The translations under genes and the position numbers were made by a program. From the human T2T-CHM13v2.0 reference genome, Homo sapiens, in NCBI RefSeq assembly GCF_009914755.1, contig NC_060925.1: DNA of 64,000 nucleotides, one strand, 5' to 3'. Of this stretch, positions 16,776 through 31,889 are shown one piece after another. The notes under the pieces are model-generated. The model was not told the origin of the DNA, made no database searches, and was given only the letters and a program-made list of their open reading frames with translations. The first letter of the stretch is position 1; every line of letters begins with the position of its first letter.

Positions 16776-17774
16776 CATTATCTATTAAAGTTTAAACACA
16801 GACATGCACTATGACCCAGTAATATTCTACTCCTAGGTATATACCCTTAAGAAATGAGAGCGCACTGTGCAAAAAAATTTACAACACTCTTCGTAGAAAT
16901 ATTATTTACGACAGCATCAAGCTGAAAACAACACAAATGCCTATCAGTAATAGAACATGTCAGTAAATTGTCGTGTGCACATACAGTGGGATACTATATA
17001 GCAACGAACGTGAAGAAACTACAGCTACTTGCCACAGCATGGCTGACTCTTACAAATGTAATAGTAACCAAAGGAAGCCAGATATAAAATACAGAAACTG
17101 TATTATTCCATTTGTATACAACTTAGAAATAGGCAAACCTAATCTATGGTGTTAGAAGTCAGACTATCTGGTTAACTTTTGGGGGATAAGTGCATCTGAG
17201 TATTGGGAGAAGGCAAGAGATGGGGCTTCAGGGCTGCTGGTAATTTTTTATTCCTTGACTTGAGTGTTGGTAACATTGATGTGTGGACTTTCTGTTAATT
17301 TATTGATCTCTCGTTTATCATACACATATTTTTCTGTATGTTACAGTTCAATAAAAATATAATTAGAAAAATAATTCCCACTGAGAAATTTCAACCCCAC
17401 TGAGCCCCAGGGGAGCAGGAAAGTGTGGCCAGCCTCTTGCACTGCTTTGTCTCCAAAATAAACTACCAAAATCAAACAGCAAAAAAAAGAAAAAGAAAAG
17501 AAAAGAAATTTCAACCCCAAATGCCTTCATTGGAGAGTTCTATTTTAATTCAAAGAAGAAATAATTTAAATAATTTACACAATCTCATCTAGAGAAATGA
17601 AAGAGGAAATATTCTTCAACTAATTTGTGAAGTGACGTTACATCGAGAGAACACACTTTAAAAATAATTGCCTTAGACATAAAATATACTTGAAAAATAT
17701 TGGCCTCAGGCTGAATTAATAGTCTAAATATATAAGAAGCTAAATACAGATTGATAAGAAAATTACCAAGTATT

Positions 17775-18132
<358 letters not shown>

Positions 18133-18984
18133 TCATGTAGCAAATCAATTTGTTTTTTTTTTAAAGTGCAACCTCACTAGTAGTTACAAAAAGTTATATA
18201 AATTAAAAAGTTATTTTCTTAATTACCAAATGGTATATATTTTTTAAATGATATTCTCCGAGGCTGGGGAACCTACGCATTGGTAGAATCATTTTGAAGG
18301 GGAATTTGGCAATCGTATAAACAGTATAAAATTGTTAGCATCCTTTAATCCAAATACTATATTTCTAAGAATTTATCTTTTTATTTATCTTATGGAAGTA
18401 ATCCTAAATAAGGATAATGATTTAAGCAAAAAAGTATAATCTTGTCACTATCTCACATGGTGAAAAATTGGAAATACCCGAAATGTTCTATGTTAGTGGC
18501 CTGGTTAAATAAACTATAGTGCATTCACTTGGCGGTCTATTTTTATGTGATCATTAAAAATAATGTGCATAAATAATATTAATGACAGTAAAATATGCTA
18601 AGAATATAACTACACAAAAAGGCTAAACACAAAATTGTATAAAGATTTTGACATCAATTATCTATTTTAAAACATATTCAAAAGAGGCCGGAAGAAAAGA
18701 CAAAGTACTAAGCAGTTTTTCTACTTTTTGGAATTTTCTCCAGTTTTCAAACTTACTATAATAAGTGTATGTTCCCTTTTAAAAACCTGCCCAAAGCATC
18801 TTTTTTAAAGTACCATAATAGCAATAGAAAGAAAGAATATTACGTATCTATTTCTCACTTTAGTCATACGTATTATTCTTAATATTGTAATTGTTAAAAT
18901 GTTACAAATTTATATATTCTGTGCTTAACATTAAAACTGTGTTCATCGATGGCCAGGCACAGTGGCTCACACCTGTAATCCCAG

Positions 18985-20460
18985 TGAGAGGTGACAGCTT
19001 GCTGGCAGTCCTCACAGCCCTCGCTCGCTCTCGGCGCCTCCTCTGCCTGGGCTCCCACTTTGGTGGCACTTGAGGAGCCCTTCAGCCCACCACTGCACTG
19101 TGGGAGCCCCTTTCTCGGCTGGCCAAGGCCGGAGCCCACTCCCTCAGCTTCCGGGCAGGTGTGGTGGGAGAAGCGCGAGCGGGAACTGGGCTGCGTGCGG
19201 CGCTTGCGGGCCAGCTGGAGTTCCGGGTGGCGTGGGCTTGGCGGGCCCCGAACTCGGAGCAGCCGGCCGGCCCTGCGGGCCCGGGCAATGAGGGACTTAG
19301 CACCCGGGCCAGCGGCTGCGGAGGGTGTACTGGGTCCCCCAGCAGTGCCAGCCCACCGGCGCTGCGCTCGATTTCTCGCCGGGCCTTAGCTGCCTTCCCG
19401 CGGGGCAGGCCTCAGGACTGCAGCCCGCCATGCCTGAGCCTTCCCCCGCCTCCGTGGGCTCCTGTGCAGCCCCAGCCTCCCCGACGAGCGCCGCCCCCTG
19501 CTCCAAGGCGCCCAGTCCCACCGACCACCCAAGGGCTGATGAGTGCGAGCGCATGGCGCGGGACTGGCAGGCAGCTCCACCTGCAGCCCCAGTGCAGGAT
19601 CCACTGGATGAAGCCAGCTGGGCTCCTGAGTCTGGTGGGGCCTTGGATAACCTTTGTGTGGATACTCTGTATCTAACTAATCTCATGAGGAGGTTGAGAA
19701 CCTTTATGTCTAGCTCAGGGATTGTAAATACACCAATCGGCACTCTGTATCTAGCTTAAGATTTGTGAATACACCAATCAGCACCCAGTGTCTAGCTCAG
19801 GGTTTGTGAATGCACCAATCGACACTCTGTATCTAGCTGCTCTGGTGGGGCCTTGGAGAACCTTTGTGTCCATACTCTGTATCTAACTAATCTGATAGGG
19901 CCTTGGAGAGCCTTTATGTTTAGCCCAGGGATTGTAAACGCACCAGTCAGCACCCTGTCAAAACAGACCACTGGGATCTACCAATCAGCAGGACGTGGGT
20001 GGGGCCAGATAAGAGAATAAAAGCAGGCTGCCCTAGCCGGCAGTGGCAACCCGCTGGGGTCCCCTTCCACACTGTGGGAGCTTTGTTCTTTTGCTCTTTG
20101 CAATAAATCTTGCTACTGCTCACTCTTTGGGTCCACACTGCTTTTATGAGCTGTAACACTCACCACGAAGGTCTGCAGCTTCACTCCTGAAGCCAGCGAG
20201 ACCACGAGCCCACCGGGAGGAACAAACAACTCCAGACGCGCTGCCTTAAGAGCTGTAACACTCAGGGGGAAGGTCTGCAGCTTCACTCCTGAGCCAGCGA
20301 GATCGTGAACCCACCAGAAGGAAGAAACTCCGAACACATCCGAACATCAGAAGGAACAAACTCCAGACACGCCACTTTAAGAGCTGTAACAGTCACTGCG
20401 AGGGTCCGCGGCTTCATTTTTGAAGTCAGTGAAACCAAGAACCCACCAATTCCAGACACA
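18985..20460 (+). mobile_element. Solo LTR12 (LTR12C-like, ERV9) inserted inside an Alu
   Basis: Starts TGAGAGGTGACAGC, ends CCAATTCCAGACACA; CpG-rich 5' part; tandem CCAATC/TATCTAG units; 4-bp TSD CCAG (18981-18984, 20461-20464). Confidence 0.96.
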
Positions 20461-20763
<303 letters not shown>

Positions 20764-21613
20764 ACTGTATGCATGGAACATTTTAAATTTTTTGCTATAA
20801 TAGAAGCCAAGTTAAGTTGATTTTATGTCTGTGGATCTTGATGTTTTCTTTGCGGGTCTTTGGCCCTTGATAGAAAAAAGATTTCATATATTTGTTTTAG
20901 GTCTTCAATAAATAAATGTTGGCTGGACCTTAGTGGAGGACAACTCTGAATATGACAAAGAGGATGAAACTGTTCAATACTCTCTAAGATTTTCAAGACA
21001 GACTATTGAAGTAGCTGCTTTTATCGGTTCTCCGTGGAAATCCTTGTCTTCATTTGAGACCTCCATAGAGTTTATACCATCTGTTTGTCCGTCTTTGGCA
21101 TAATATTTCCAGTTGTGGTTGCAAGGCTAGACTATGAAATGTAGTTGTTTGTTGTCTGGGTTCTTTTTTGTCAGAGGGATGAGCTTTAAGTACCTTGGCC
21201 ATGTTTCATAGTCTCTGAGTTTTACATCTGCTTAGAAAAGCCTTCTTAATTCCAAGACTATTTTTAAATGCAATGCTTTCTTCTGGTACATTTATAAGTG
21301 TTTTTATGTTAAAGTACTAGACCTAATTTTAATTAAACTTGATCTAAGATACAAGAGAGGGTTCAGCTAATTCTCTTTCAAATAAGCAGCTAGCTGTTGT
21401 AACACCATTAATTGAATCATTCTTCTTTTCCCTACTAATTAGAAATTCCCCTTTTATTCTATGCTAAATTCTAAATGTATTTTTTCCTGTTTTTAGATGT
21501 ATTTCTCTCCACTATTCTGTCAATACCAAACTCTTAATTACTGTAGCTTTCCAATACATTTTAGTATTAAGTTCATCTCTGTTTCCCCAGCCTCCCCACC
21601 AAATTTGCCTGGC

Positions 21614-22031
21614 TTTAAAGCAAAATTAAAATGGAGGACAGGCCTGAAAAATTCCTCAGCAAACAAAACTAAGCCTTAAAAATAGCCTTAGCCTTGCTTA
21701 AACTACAAACATAAGTGAAATTTAACTTGAATTATTTTTGGTAAAAGTTATGTCAGTCAGAACCTAAACCTCAGCCAATCATAAGTGGCCAATTAACATA
21801 TGATTATGTGACTAGGGACTTTGCAGCAAAGTAAACCAAAAAGGGTAATTTTGTAACTACAGCCAATTAAATGTCTTTTATTTTGCTTCCTCATTTTCCC
21901 AATAAATGTTTTCCTCCAATGTTTCATCACAAGAATACTACACCTCTTCCAGTTTGGTGTTCCCCAGTTTGTGAATTTCTTCTTACTCAAAATCTTTAAA
22001 ATTTTATTGTTCTTCAGATTTTTCTTTAACA
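21614..22031 (+). mobile_element. ERV1 MER4-group LTR
   Basis: aaaatggaggacaggcctg..., cagccaatc boxes, AATAAA, ends tctttaaca; subfamily uncertain. Confidence 0.6.
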
Positions 22032-23184
22032 CAGTATTTTTACTTCTGATGAATTTTATACTCACTTTGTCAAATTTACAAAAAAACTCTGTTGGTGTTT
22101 AGATTTATAGAATGTATAGATTTATCTGAGAAAAAAGTGGCATGGGTCCCAAATCAAGTCCTTTTATTCATTCAAATTTTCTTTTATGTCCTTGAGTATA
22201 TTTTAAACATTTTGAAAAACAATTCTCTTGGTTACAAAAATTGCTAATATGTTTGTTGTTATTCTCATTATTATTGTAAATGGGCATCTGTCTTTTATTA
22301 TATCTTTTTAGTGATTATTGTTTGAATAAATAAAAACTACCATTTTTGTATTAATTTTGTAACCAGTCACTCTAGCTAATAGTCTTCAAAGTTTCATTTT
22401 GTTTCCCAGTTAAGTTTCTTGGATTTCCCAGGCATAAAACCACGTCATGTGCAAATACTGCTAATTTTGGCCTTCTCCTTAAAGATTTTTAAACCTCATT
22501 TATTTTGTCTGATGGCACTGGCTAGTACTTACAGTATAAATTTATATCAAAGTGGTGATAATATGCATATTTATTTCATTCTTTTATTTATTTATTTATT
22601 TGCTTGAGGTGGGGTTTCACCATATTGCCCAGGCTGGTCTTGAACTCTGGGCTCCTGGGTGACCCACTTGTCTTTGCCTCCCAAAGTGCTGAGATTACAG
22701 CGTATTTATTCCATTCTTAAAACCAATGTGAGTTCTTTTAGTGCTTTATCCTTAAACATAATTCTGACCATTAGTTAAGGAACTATACCTCTAGCACTAC
22801 ATTTTTCAGATTATGTATGTTAGTGTGAGAGTGTTTGAGAATGGTAGTTGAATTTTTCCTACCTTTTAAGAACCTTTTGAACATTTAATTTTTATTTTTT
22901 TACCTATTTATATGACAAGTTATGTTTATATGACAAATTTCCTAACATAGAAGCACTCTTGGGTTCTTGGAATACACACTGAATCATAACTATTATACTT
23001 GTAATATGCTACTAGATTCCAGCTATTAGTAGTTTAAGATTGACATTAAGTTGGTCTGAAGTTGTTTCTGTGTGCATGTGAACATTCTTTGTTCATTTTT
23101 AAAGCTTCATACACAGAATTTATGAGAAATCTGTAAAACAAGATAAGCAACTCAATATTAAAACAATAAAAGATATAAATAGGC

Positions 23185-23550
<366 letters not shown>

Positions 23551-23879
23551 TCAACCTCAATAGTAATCCAGAAAACACAAATTAAATAAGGTGTTAGCTT
23601 TTTCTCAACAAATTGGCAAAAGTAAAAATTATTGAAAAAAGTTAGTAAAGGTGTGGAGAAATGAGTTCTCCTATGTGTTGCAGGAAATGGTGGAAATATT
23701 GACTACTATATATTTTTTTAATTTTAACAAATTAAATTAATAAATAATTCTCAATATTAAAAATGCAAGGTGTAAAGAAGCATATATATGTCCCCTCACT
23801 GCCAATTCCCCTTTCCGGGGGGAAAATTATGTTTTCAGTTTTTAATGTGTCCTTCCAAAAATATTTTAACCCCTCAAAC

Positions 23880-24835
23880 ACATTTTCATCCCCTTCCTCC
23901 TCCACCAACTTTTCTGAATTATAATTGAAGTGCAATAAACTGGACATATTTGAAACCTACAATTTGTTTGGTTTTGACATATGTTTACATATGCATATAC
24001 CTTAGAAATCATCAGTGAGTCCATATAATCAACATAGTCACCTCCCTGCAAATTTCCTTGTTCTCCTTGGTAATCTCTCCCTCCCTCTCACCCTTCCCGA
24101 CCTACTTCCCGGGAAACTACTGATCTACTTTTTGTCACTATAGATTAGTTTGCATTTTTTAGAAGTTTATGTAAATGGGCCAACTTTGGTGGCTCACGAC
24201 TGTAATCCCAGCACTTTGGGAGGCGGAGGTGGGCAGATCACCTGAGGTCAGGAGTTCGAAACTAGCCTGGCCAACATAGTGAAACCCCGTCTCTACTAAA
24301 AATACAAAAATTAGCCAGGCCTGGTGGTGCACACCTGTAATCCTAGCTACTCGAGGGGCTGAGGCAGGAGAATTGCTTGAACCCGGGAGGCGGAGGTTGC
24401 AGCGAGCCTAGATCACACCAATGCACTCCAGCCTGGGTGACAGAGCAAGACTCTGTCTAAAAAAAATTAAAAAAAAAAAAAAAGTAGTTCATGTAGACAG
24501 AATAATATAGTGTATACTTCTTGCCAGGTCTATTTCATTTTGCATAATTGTTTTGTGATTCATCATGTTATTTTATGAACAGTTCATTTTTTATTGCTGA
24601 ATAGTATTTTACTGTATGCATGTACCACAATTGGTTCATATATTCACCTGTTGATAGACATTTGGATTGTTTATATTTTGAGGCTATTACAAATAAAGTT
24701 GCTATGAGTATTTGTGTACATGTCTTTTTTAAACATATGTTTTAATTTCTTTGGGTAAATATCTAGGAATGGTCTACTTTTAACTTTTTAAGAAATCAAA
24801 CTATTTTCCAAAGTGTCTTTACCATTTTACATCTC
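23880..24835 (-). mobile_element. Old L1 3'UTR fragment (L1MC/ME-like)
   Basis: ttgctgaatagtattttactgtatg...gacatttggattgtt pattern. Confidence 0.65.
24178..24483 (+). mobile_element. Alu
   Basis: Full-length Alu. Confidence 0.93.
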
Positions 24836-24869
24836 GTAGTATTTGTATTATTGTTGGTATCATCAAGTA

Positions 24870-26945
24870 TCATTTATCCCATTGTGGTCAGAAAATATAT
24901 ATAATATGATGTGTACTTTTTTGAATTTGTTGAGACTTGTTTTGTGGTCTAAGATATGGTCTATTTTGGAGAATGTTCTGTGCACTGATTAAAATAACGT
25001 GTCTTCTGTGGCAGTTGGGTGAAATGTTCTGTCAATGTCAGTTAGACCTACTTGGTCTAGTGTATAGTTTAATGCTTCTCTGTTGACATTCTGTCTGGAT
25101 GATCTGTCTATTACTGAGAGTGGGATGTTGAAGTTCCCTACTATTATTGAATTGCAGTCTATTTCTCCCTTTAGATCTGTTAATGTTTGCTTTATATACT
25201 TGGGAGCTCCAGTGTTGGGTGCATAGATACTTATAATTGTGATATCTTCTTGCTGATTTATCATTATATAGTGACCTTCTTTGTCTCTTTTTATAGTCTC
25301 TGATTTGTAGTCTATAATATCTGATATAAGTATAGCTACTCCTGCTCCTACTTGGTTTCCAGTTGCATGGAATATTTTTCTCCACTCCTTTACTTTCAGT
25401 CTGTGTGTGTCTTTATCGGTGAAGTGAATTTCTTCTAGGCAGCGTATAGTTGGGTCTTGTTTCTTTATTCATTCAGCCACTCCGACTTTTCGTTGGAGAA
25501 TTGAGACCTTTTAAATTGTGTTATTATTGATGCATAAGGACATATTACTGAAATTTTGTTGCTTGTTCTCAGGTTGTTTTGTAATCCCTCTTTCCCTTTC
25601 TTACTGTCTTTTTTTGTGGTTAATCAATTTGCTATGATAGTATGTCTTAATTTGTTGCTTTTTATTTTTAGTGAATCTATTATAGGTTTTTGCACTGTGG
25701 TTACCATGAGGCTTACAAAAAACACATCATAAGATATAATGAGACATTTTAAAGAGGTGACAACTTGTCTTAGATCACAAAGAAAAGAATAGGAACAAAC
25801 AAACAAAAAGACAAAGAAAAAATAACCCTCTACACTTTAACTCCATCCCCCTCACATTTTGACTTTTTGTTGTCCCAATTTGCATATTTTATACTGCTTA
25901 TCTCTTAACTGGTTGCTCTAGCTATTACTGGTTTCAATAGATTTGTCTATGGGGCTTCATACTAGATTCATGAGTGAACTGCACACCACAATTACAGTAT
26001 TAGTGTATTTTGGGTTTGTCCATGTACTTAATTTTACCAGTGGATTTTGTACCTTCAAATGACTTCTTTCTGCACATTTGTGGGGTTTTTTTTCCTTCTC
26101 TTTAGCATTTCTTATAAGATGGGTCTGGTGATGATAAATTTTCTCCTCTTCTGTTTGTCTGGGAAGACTTTCTCTCTCCTTTATTTGAAGGATAGCTTTG
26201 CTGGTTACAGTATTCTAACATGGTAGTTTTTATCTTTTAGCACTTTGAAAATATCATCCCATTCCTTGCTGGTCTGTATGGTTTCCATTGAGAAGTCTAT
26301 TGCCAGATGAATTGGAGTTTCTTGCTATGTTACCTGCTTCTTTTCTCTTGCTGCTTTTAGGATTCTTTGTGCTTGACCTTTGAGAGTTTATTATATGCCT
26401 TGGGGTAGTCTTATTTGAGTTTAATCTGTTTGGTGTTCTTTGTCCTTCCTGTACCTGGATATTTATACTTTTCTCAAGTTTTGGGAAGTTTTCTGTAGTT
26501 ATTTCTTTTTAAAAAAATAAATTTTAAAAACTTCTTATTACATTATTTTGTTGAGACCAGGTTTTACTCTGTCACCCAGGCCAGAGTGCAGTGGAGCAAT
26601 CTTGGCTCACTGCAACTCCTGCCTCCCAGGCTGAAGTGATCCCCCCACCTCAGCCCTGCCAAGTAGGTGGGACTACAGGCATGTGACGCTATGCCTGAAT
26701 AATTTTTGTATTTTTTTTAGAGAGAAGGGATTTCGCCATGTTGCCCAGACTGGTCTCGAACTTCTGTGCTCAAGCGATCCATCCTCTTCAGCCTCCCAAA
26801 GTGCTGGGATTACGGGCATGAGCCACTATGCCCAACTATTTCTTTAAATAAGCTTTGTACCCTTTGCTTTTGCTCAACCCCCTCCTGAACATCAATAATT
26901 TATAGATTTGATCTTTTGAGGTAGTTTTCTACATCTTGTAAGTTC
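24870..26945 (-). mobile_element. Old L1 fragment (ORF1 end to ORF2 endonuclease)
   Basis: ORF 24989-25264 gives QEDITIISIYAPNTGAPKYIKQTL...IIVGNFNIPLS (L1 EN motif). Confidence 0.85.
26545..26834 (-). mobile_element. Alu (J-like)
   Basis: Full-length, diverged Alu. Confidence 0.9.
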
Positions 26946-29304
26946 CCTTCACCACCACCCCACATCCCTCCTGCTGCTACAGAGTCGGCTCACATTTACA
27001 CCAGGGACAGCAGGGCAGATGGAGGACCATGGACAGGCACGTTGCTTCCATCCTTTCCTGGCAGTGTCTATGATTTCTCACTCTACTCATTGGAGCTGCA
27101 AGGTCAGAGTGAAATCCTGAGGCATATTAATTCCTGTGATGTGTGGCAGCCATTGCTGCATTCAACATAAGATGTCTTGTGTGAAAGATGAGGCTACTCA
27201 ACAGATACAGAGGCAAAGGACTCCTGTCATCGACTCGCTGTCTCTTAACAAAAAGTTGCCATCCCCACCTTCCTTGAGCAGCAAGGTCTCACAGTCTTGC
27301 TTGGTCAGAGGGCTGATCCATGGAGAACCCTATTTAATCTTAAGCTGATTTGACAGCAGTAAAATCAGCCCCAACATTTTAATTATACATTCTAAGTGGA
27401 GGATATTCTAAGGATAAGTATATTTGTAAAGAAATTCTATACTCATTCAGTGTTTATTGTTGCTATAAATAATTTTGGTATTATTATTTAAAAACTATAT
27501 ATTTTTTCCAAGATAAACTGAACATGTTTTTACATCAGTGCTGTCAAAAAATAGGCTTTCTCTTGTAAGAAAAAAAAGATACATGTAAAACAAATAATCT
27601 AAATAAAAATCAGGAAAATATATGCAAACTTTTGTTCTATTTTTTAGAATATGAATTTTCTAGTTCTTTTCTCTAAAAAGACCTGGAAGCAATGCAACCC
27701 AATATCAGTATGTATGCTTAGAGACAAAATTTTGATCCTTACATACTATTCCCCCATGAAAAGAATCAGTCATCTTTTGAGAAATGGCTGATCTCCTGTC
27801 TATAGCAGATAATGAACAAGATAAGCCTGGGATACTTTCTTGTTCAAGAATTCAAAGAAATTTAAAAATATTAATGCAGGCATGTTAAAATAATATAGGA
27901 ACCAACATAAAGTTGGGGAAGGGTGCTCATATTGGCCACAAGTGAGAAAATTTAAGCACCAATATAGAGATGATTGCAGTTGATTGAAATAGATAAGTTT
28001 ATAAATTCATGAGAAAAGGGAAGAGTGAAGGAGAGACCTCCCTCCAAAAACAAAAAGAGGGAAAAAAGGAGGGGAGAAAAGAGTACTGAATTCTCTATAC
28101 TAGAAGATATTTATGAGGTTCAATAACAAAACATAGCATAAGGATTTTGTCTGGATCCTGATTAAAACAAAACCAACTACGACATGTTTTTTGCCATCAG
28201 AGGAACTTTGAATATGGACCAGGTATTTTACAATACCAATGAATTATTTTTCAGTTTTTTAGTTGGGATAGTGGCATTAAGGTTATGTAAGAAAGTATAT
28301 GTATCTATTTTTAAACACATAGTGAAATATGTAGGAATGATAGCATAATATATAGGATTTGCTTTCAACACTTGGATAAGAAGAAAGGAAGAAAAGTATA
28401 CATAAAATAAGAGTGGCAAAAATAGTAATAAATATTGAGTTTGTGTTGGTAGATATTTTGGGAGTTCATTTACAATTATCTCAACTAATGCTTGGCTGAA
28501 AATTTCTAAAGACAGTCCTATGTTAGGCCAATTCTCTTGTATTATTAGCAGTTGAGAATGGTTTTCCACTTTACTAGAATACCCTTACTTTCTCACATTG
28601 TGGAAAGTAAGAATGAGATAGGCAAATTTGCAGATAACCTTACTGCCCTAACTAGAGTTTCTTCTCCCAGGAATTTTGAATTGGGAGAGAAGGAAGAAAT
28701 GAAGACAGGGAGAGAGAACGGTGATGAGTCTCTAGATATGGCTAGCCCTATAATAGCTGTGTACTGGTGACCATATTCTACCAGTAGGCAGGTGGAGAGA
28801 GAGCTGATCCAGAAAGAGAGAAGTAAATTAGACACATACAGAACAGGGTCAAGAGACAGTCCTGGTTGGTGTCCCCTTGGTTTTCATTTCCTAGATTAAG
28901 TGCTTTTTGAGTTCTGGCTACATGCTTGCCCTTGGGCTCTTTATTCTTGTAATTTTCCACCCCTTAACCCCATCATAAGATAGTCTACATTAGTGTTTAT
29001 TACATGATGCCAGTGGTATTTTATGAATCCAGCCCTATGTAACAAAGTCCATTGCCAATCCAAAGAAGTATTGGGTCAAGCTCATCAATGCCAACAGTGC
29101 TGGAGGAATTTTGTTGCTGATAAATTGAATTGTATTGCACCTGTTTTCTTAAAAAGTGCACGGTTGGGACAGACCATGTAGCACCTTCCACTTAATTCCT
29201 ATTACTTATTTGGAGGTAGCAGCACATGGTGGTTTTATTCTTTTCATTTAACTTTGTAAACCATTCAGGGTGTATTTTATGTTAAGGGTAAGACAGGGAT
29301 TTAA

Positions 29305-29622
<318 letters not shown>

Positions 29623-29874
29623 AAAACTAGCCAATTATATCAGAACCATTTCATAAGTGTATTAGGTTCTTCTACAGTGGAATCTCAATATTTCTGAACA
29701 AATGAGGACTATAAGGACTGAAGCTGAGGCAAGTGTCTAGCCCAATTAAAAGAAAATAACACATTGTCTATATGTATCAAAATATCACATTGTACCCCAT
29801 AAATACGAACAAATATTGTGTCCATTTAAAAAACTGAGTGAAAGATACAGAGATTTCCCATATGCTCTCTGCTC

Positions 29875-29877
<3 letters not shown>

Positions 29878-29929
<52 letters not shown>
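29878..29929. repeat. (CA)n microsatellite
   Basis: Direct inspection. Confidence 0.97.
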
Positions 29930-29932
<3 letters not shown>

Positions 29933-29994
29933 GAAGGAGAGAAAGAACAAAAGAAAAAAAGCCGGGAAGCAAACAAGAAAGAATGAGAGAAAGA

Positions 29995-30363
29995 GATATG
30001 GTTAGGCTTTGTGCCCCTACCCAAATCTCATCTATCTCATCTTGAATTGTAATCCCCACGTGTTGAAGGAGAAACCTGGTGGGAGGTAATTGGATCATGG
30101 GGGTGGTTCTTCCATGCTGTTCTTGTGAAAGTGAATAAGTTCTCATGAGATCTGATGGTTTCATAAGTGTCTGGCATTTCCCCTGCTTGTACTTCTCTCC
30201 CCGGCTACCGTGTGAAAAAGGTCCTTGCTTCCCCTTTGCCTTCCACCATGATTGTAAGTTTCCTGAGGCCTCCACAGACATGTGGAACTGTGAGTCAATT
30301 AAACTTCTTTCCTTTATAAATTACCCAGTCTCAGGAAGTTCTTTGTAGCAGTGTGAGAATGGA
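29995..30363 (+). mobile_element. THE1 (THE1C/D-like) MaLR LTR, sense orientation, ~290 bp upstream of the ATG
   Basis: gatatggttaggctttgtgcccctacccaaatctcatc...aattacccagtctcagg matches the recalled THE1 consensus. Confidence 0.88.
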
Positions 30364-30421
30364 GAAAGAAAGAAAAAGAAAAAAAAGGAAAAGAAAAGAA
30401 AAGAAAAGAAAAGAAAAGAAA

Positions 30422-30497
<76 letters not shown>
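30363..30497. repeat. (GAAAA)n/(GAAA)n microsatellite in the proximal upstream region of the SLAM-like gene
   Basis: Direct inspection. Confidence 0.95.
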
Positions 30498-30498
<1 letters not shown>

Positions 30499-30650
30499 TG
30501 GTTAGCAAATGTGATCATGTGATCAGCATGGGGAACAAAGAGAGTTTAATCTATTAGCTGTTCATGCTGCAGAACAGGACTTAATGTTCTCTTTTGCCTT
30601 CCTCTTAACTCCTCGCGATCTTCAAGGCAAACCAGGTCAGTCCTGCCACC

Positions 30651-30699
30651 ATGAAACCTCTTGCTCAGCTTCTCCTCTTTCTCCTCCAGTTTCAGAAAG
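30651..30699 (+). CDS. Exon 1: signal peptide MKPLAQLLLFLLQFQK(G)
   Basis: tcctGCCACCATG Kozak context; 49-nt hydrophobic leader; donor AAG|GTGAGT at 30699/30700; joins exon 2 in phase 1. Confidence 0.85.
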
Positions 30700-31556
30700 G
30701 TGAGTGAGTCAGAGGCTCCTTCCTTGACCTCCCAGGGGGTAGGAAGTCTACACAGGCACAGCCCAGCCAGATATTTTCAGAACTGAGACCTCATATTAGG
30801 GAGATTGGGGGACAAGAAGATAGAAGACATTGAGAGACTCTTGGACATGGGAAAGACTGACTAGGGAGTGAATGAGGGCAAGGAGGAAAAGGAAAAGAGA
30901 AAAATCTAAGGTACATAGAATAATGACATTGTGAAAGTCAGAGTTGAAAGCATTCTGAAAAGCTCTGCATTTTATCTCCCTTGTTTTAAAAAAGAAGAGA
31001 AAAGGACTGGAAGAATCAACAGGCTTCCCCAAAGCTGCACATCTCAATAGAGGCAGGATCAGGACTAAGAAGCAGGTGTCCTGTATGTCATCTGAGATCT
31101 TTATATCACATACCATTGAGATACCAGAACTGCAGTGACAGTGAAACTCCAGTTCTGTGGGGCAGAAACATTTCAGAAAATAGGAAGTTGTGAGAGTTGA
31201 AATCTCAAACTGAATAAAAAAGAGGGACCAGCCAGGGCAAGGCTGGCTTCTGACTTCCCCAGTGGTCTCCATTCTGGTCTTCCAGGGCCAGTAGCTCTCA
31301 GGGGAACACAACCCCAGAGACAGGGATGAGTGATCCTAGCTGGAAGGATCCCTGGGGTGATCACTGGAGATCCCAGCAGGAAGGAGAGTTTAAGCATTGC
31401 CCACTTTGAGCTCCAGCCACAACACCACTGCTAATACCTGTTTATGTCCAACATTCTTGTGGGCCCCAACATAGGGGAGCTATGACTGACTGGGAGACTT
31501 GTGGGGAGGGACAATTGTCAGGGACATTTTGTAGCCTTTTCCTTCTGTGTTCACAG

Positions 31557-31889
31557 GGAATCTAGTTTCACAAAGCAGCTCAACCCCATTGATGGTGAAT
31601 GGGGTTCTGGGGGAGTCAGTAACTCTTCCCCTGGAGTTTCCTGCAGGAGAGAGGATCCAGTTCATCACTTGGCTTTGCAATGGAACATCTTTTGCCTTCC
31701 TAGAACCCTATGAAGGCAAAAGTCCAAAAATCTACGTGACTCATCCGAAATGGCAAAAGCGACTGAGCTTCACCCAGTCCTACTCCCCGCAGCTCAGCAA
31801 CCTGGAGATGGAAAACATAGGCTTTTACAGTGCCCAGATAGCCACAGAGACCTCTGCAAAGCTGTCCAGTTACACTCTGAGGATATTCA
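31557..31889 (+). CDS. Exon 2: SLAMF6-like IgV domain (GNLVSQSSSTPLMVNGVLGESVTLPLEFPAGERIQFITWL...AKLSSYTLRIF)
   Basis: Acceptor ccttttccttctgtgttcacAG; 333 nt, fully open (ORF 31547-31897); donor TCA|GTGAGT at 31889/31890; lacks the canonical Ig disulfide, as CD2/SLAM V domains do. Confidence 0.93.

Noticed and set aside
19640-19960. Regularly spaced short repeats resembling an array
   Set aside because: These are the normal tandem U3 enhancer units of LTR12; no spacer-like unique sequence, and the DNA is eukaryotic.
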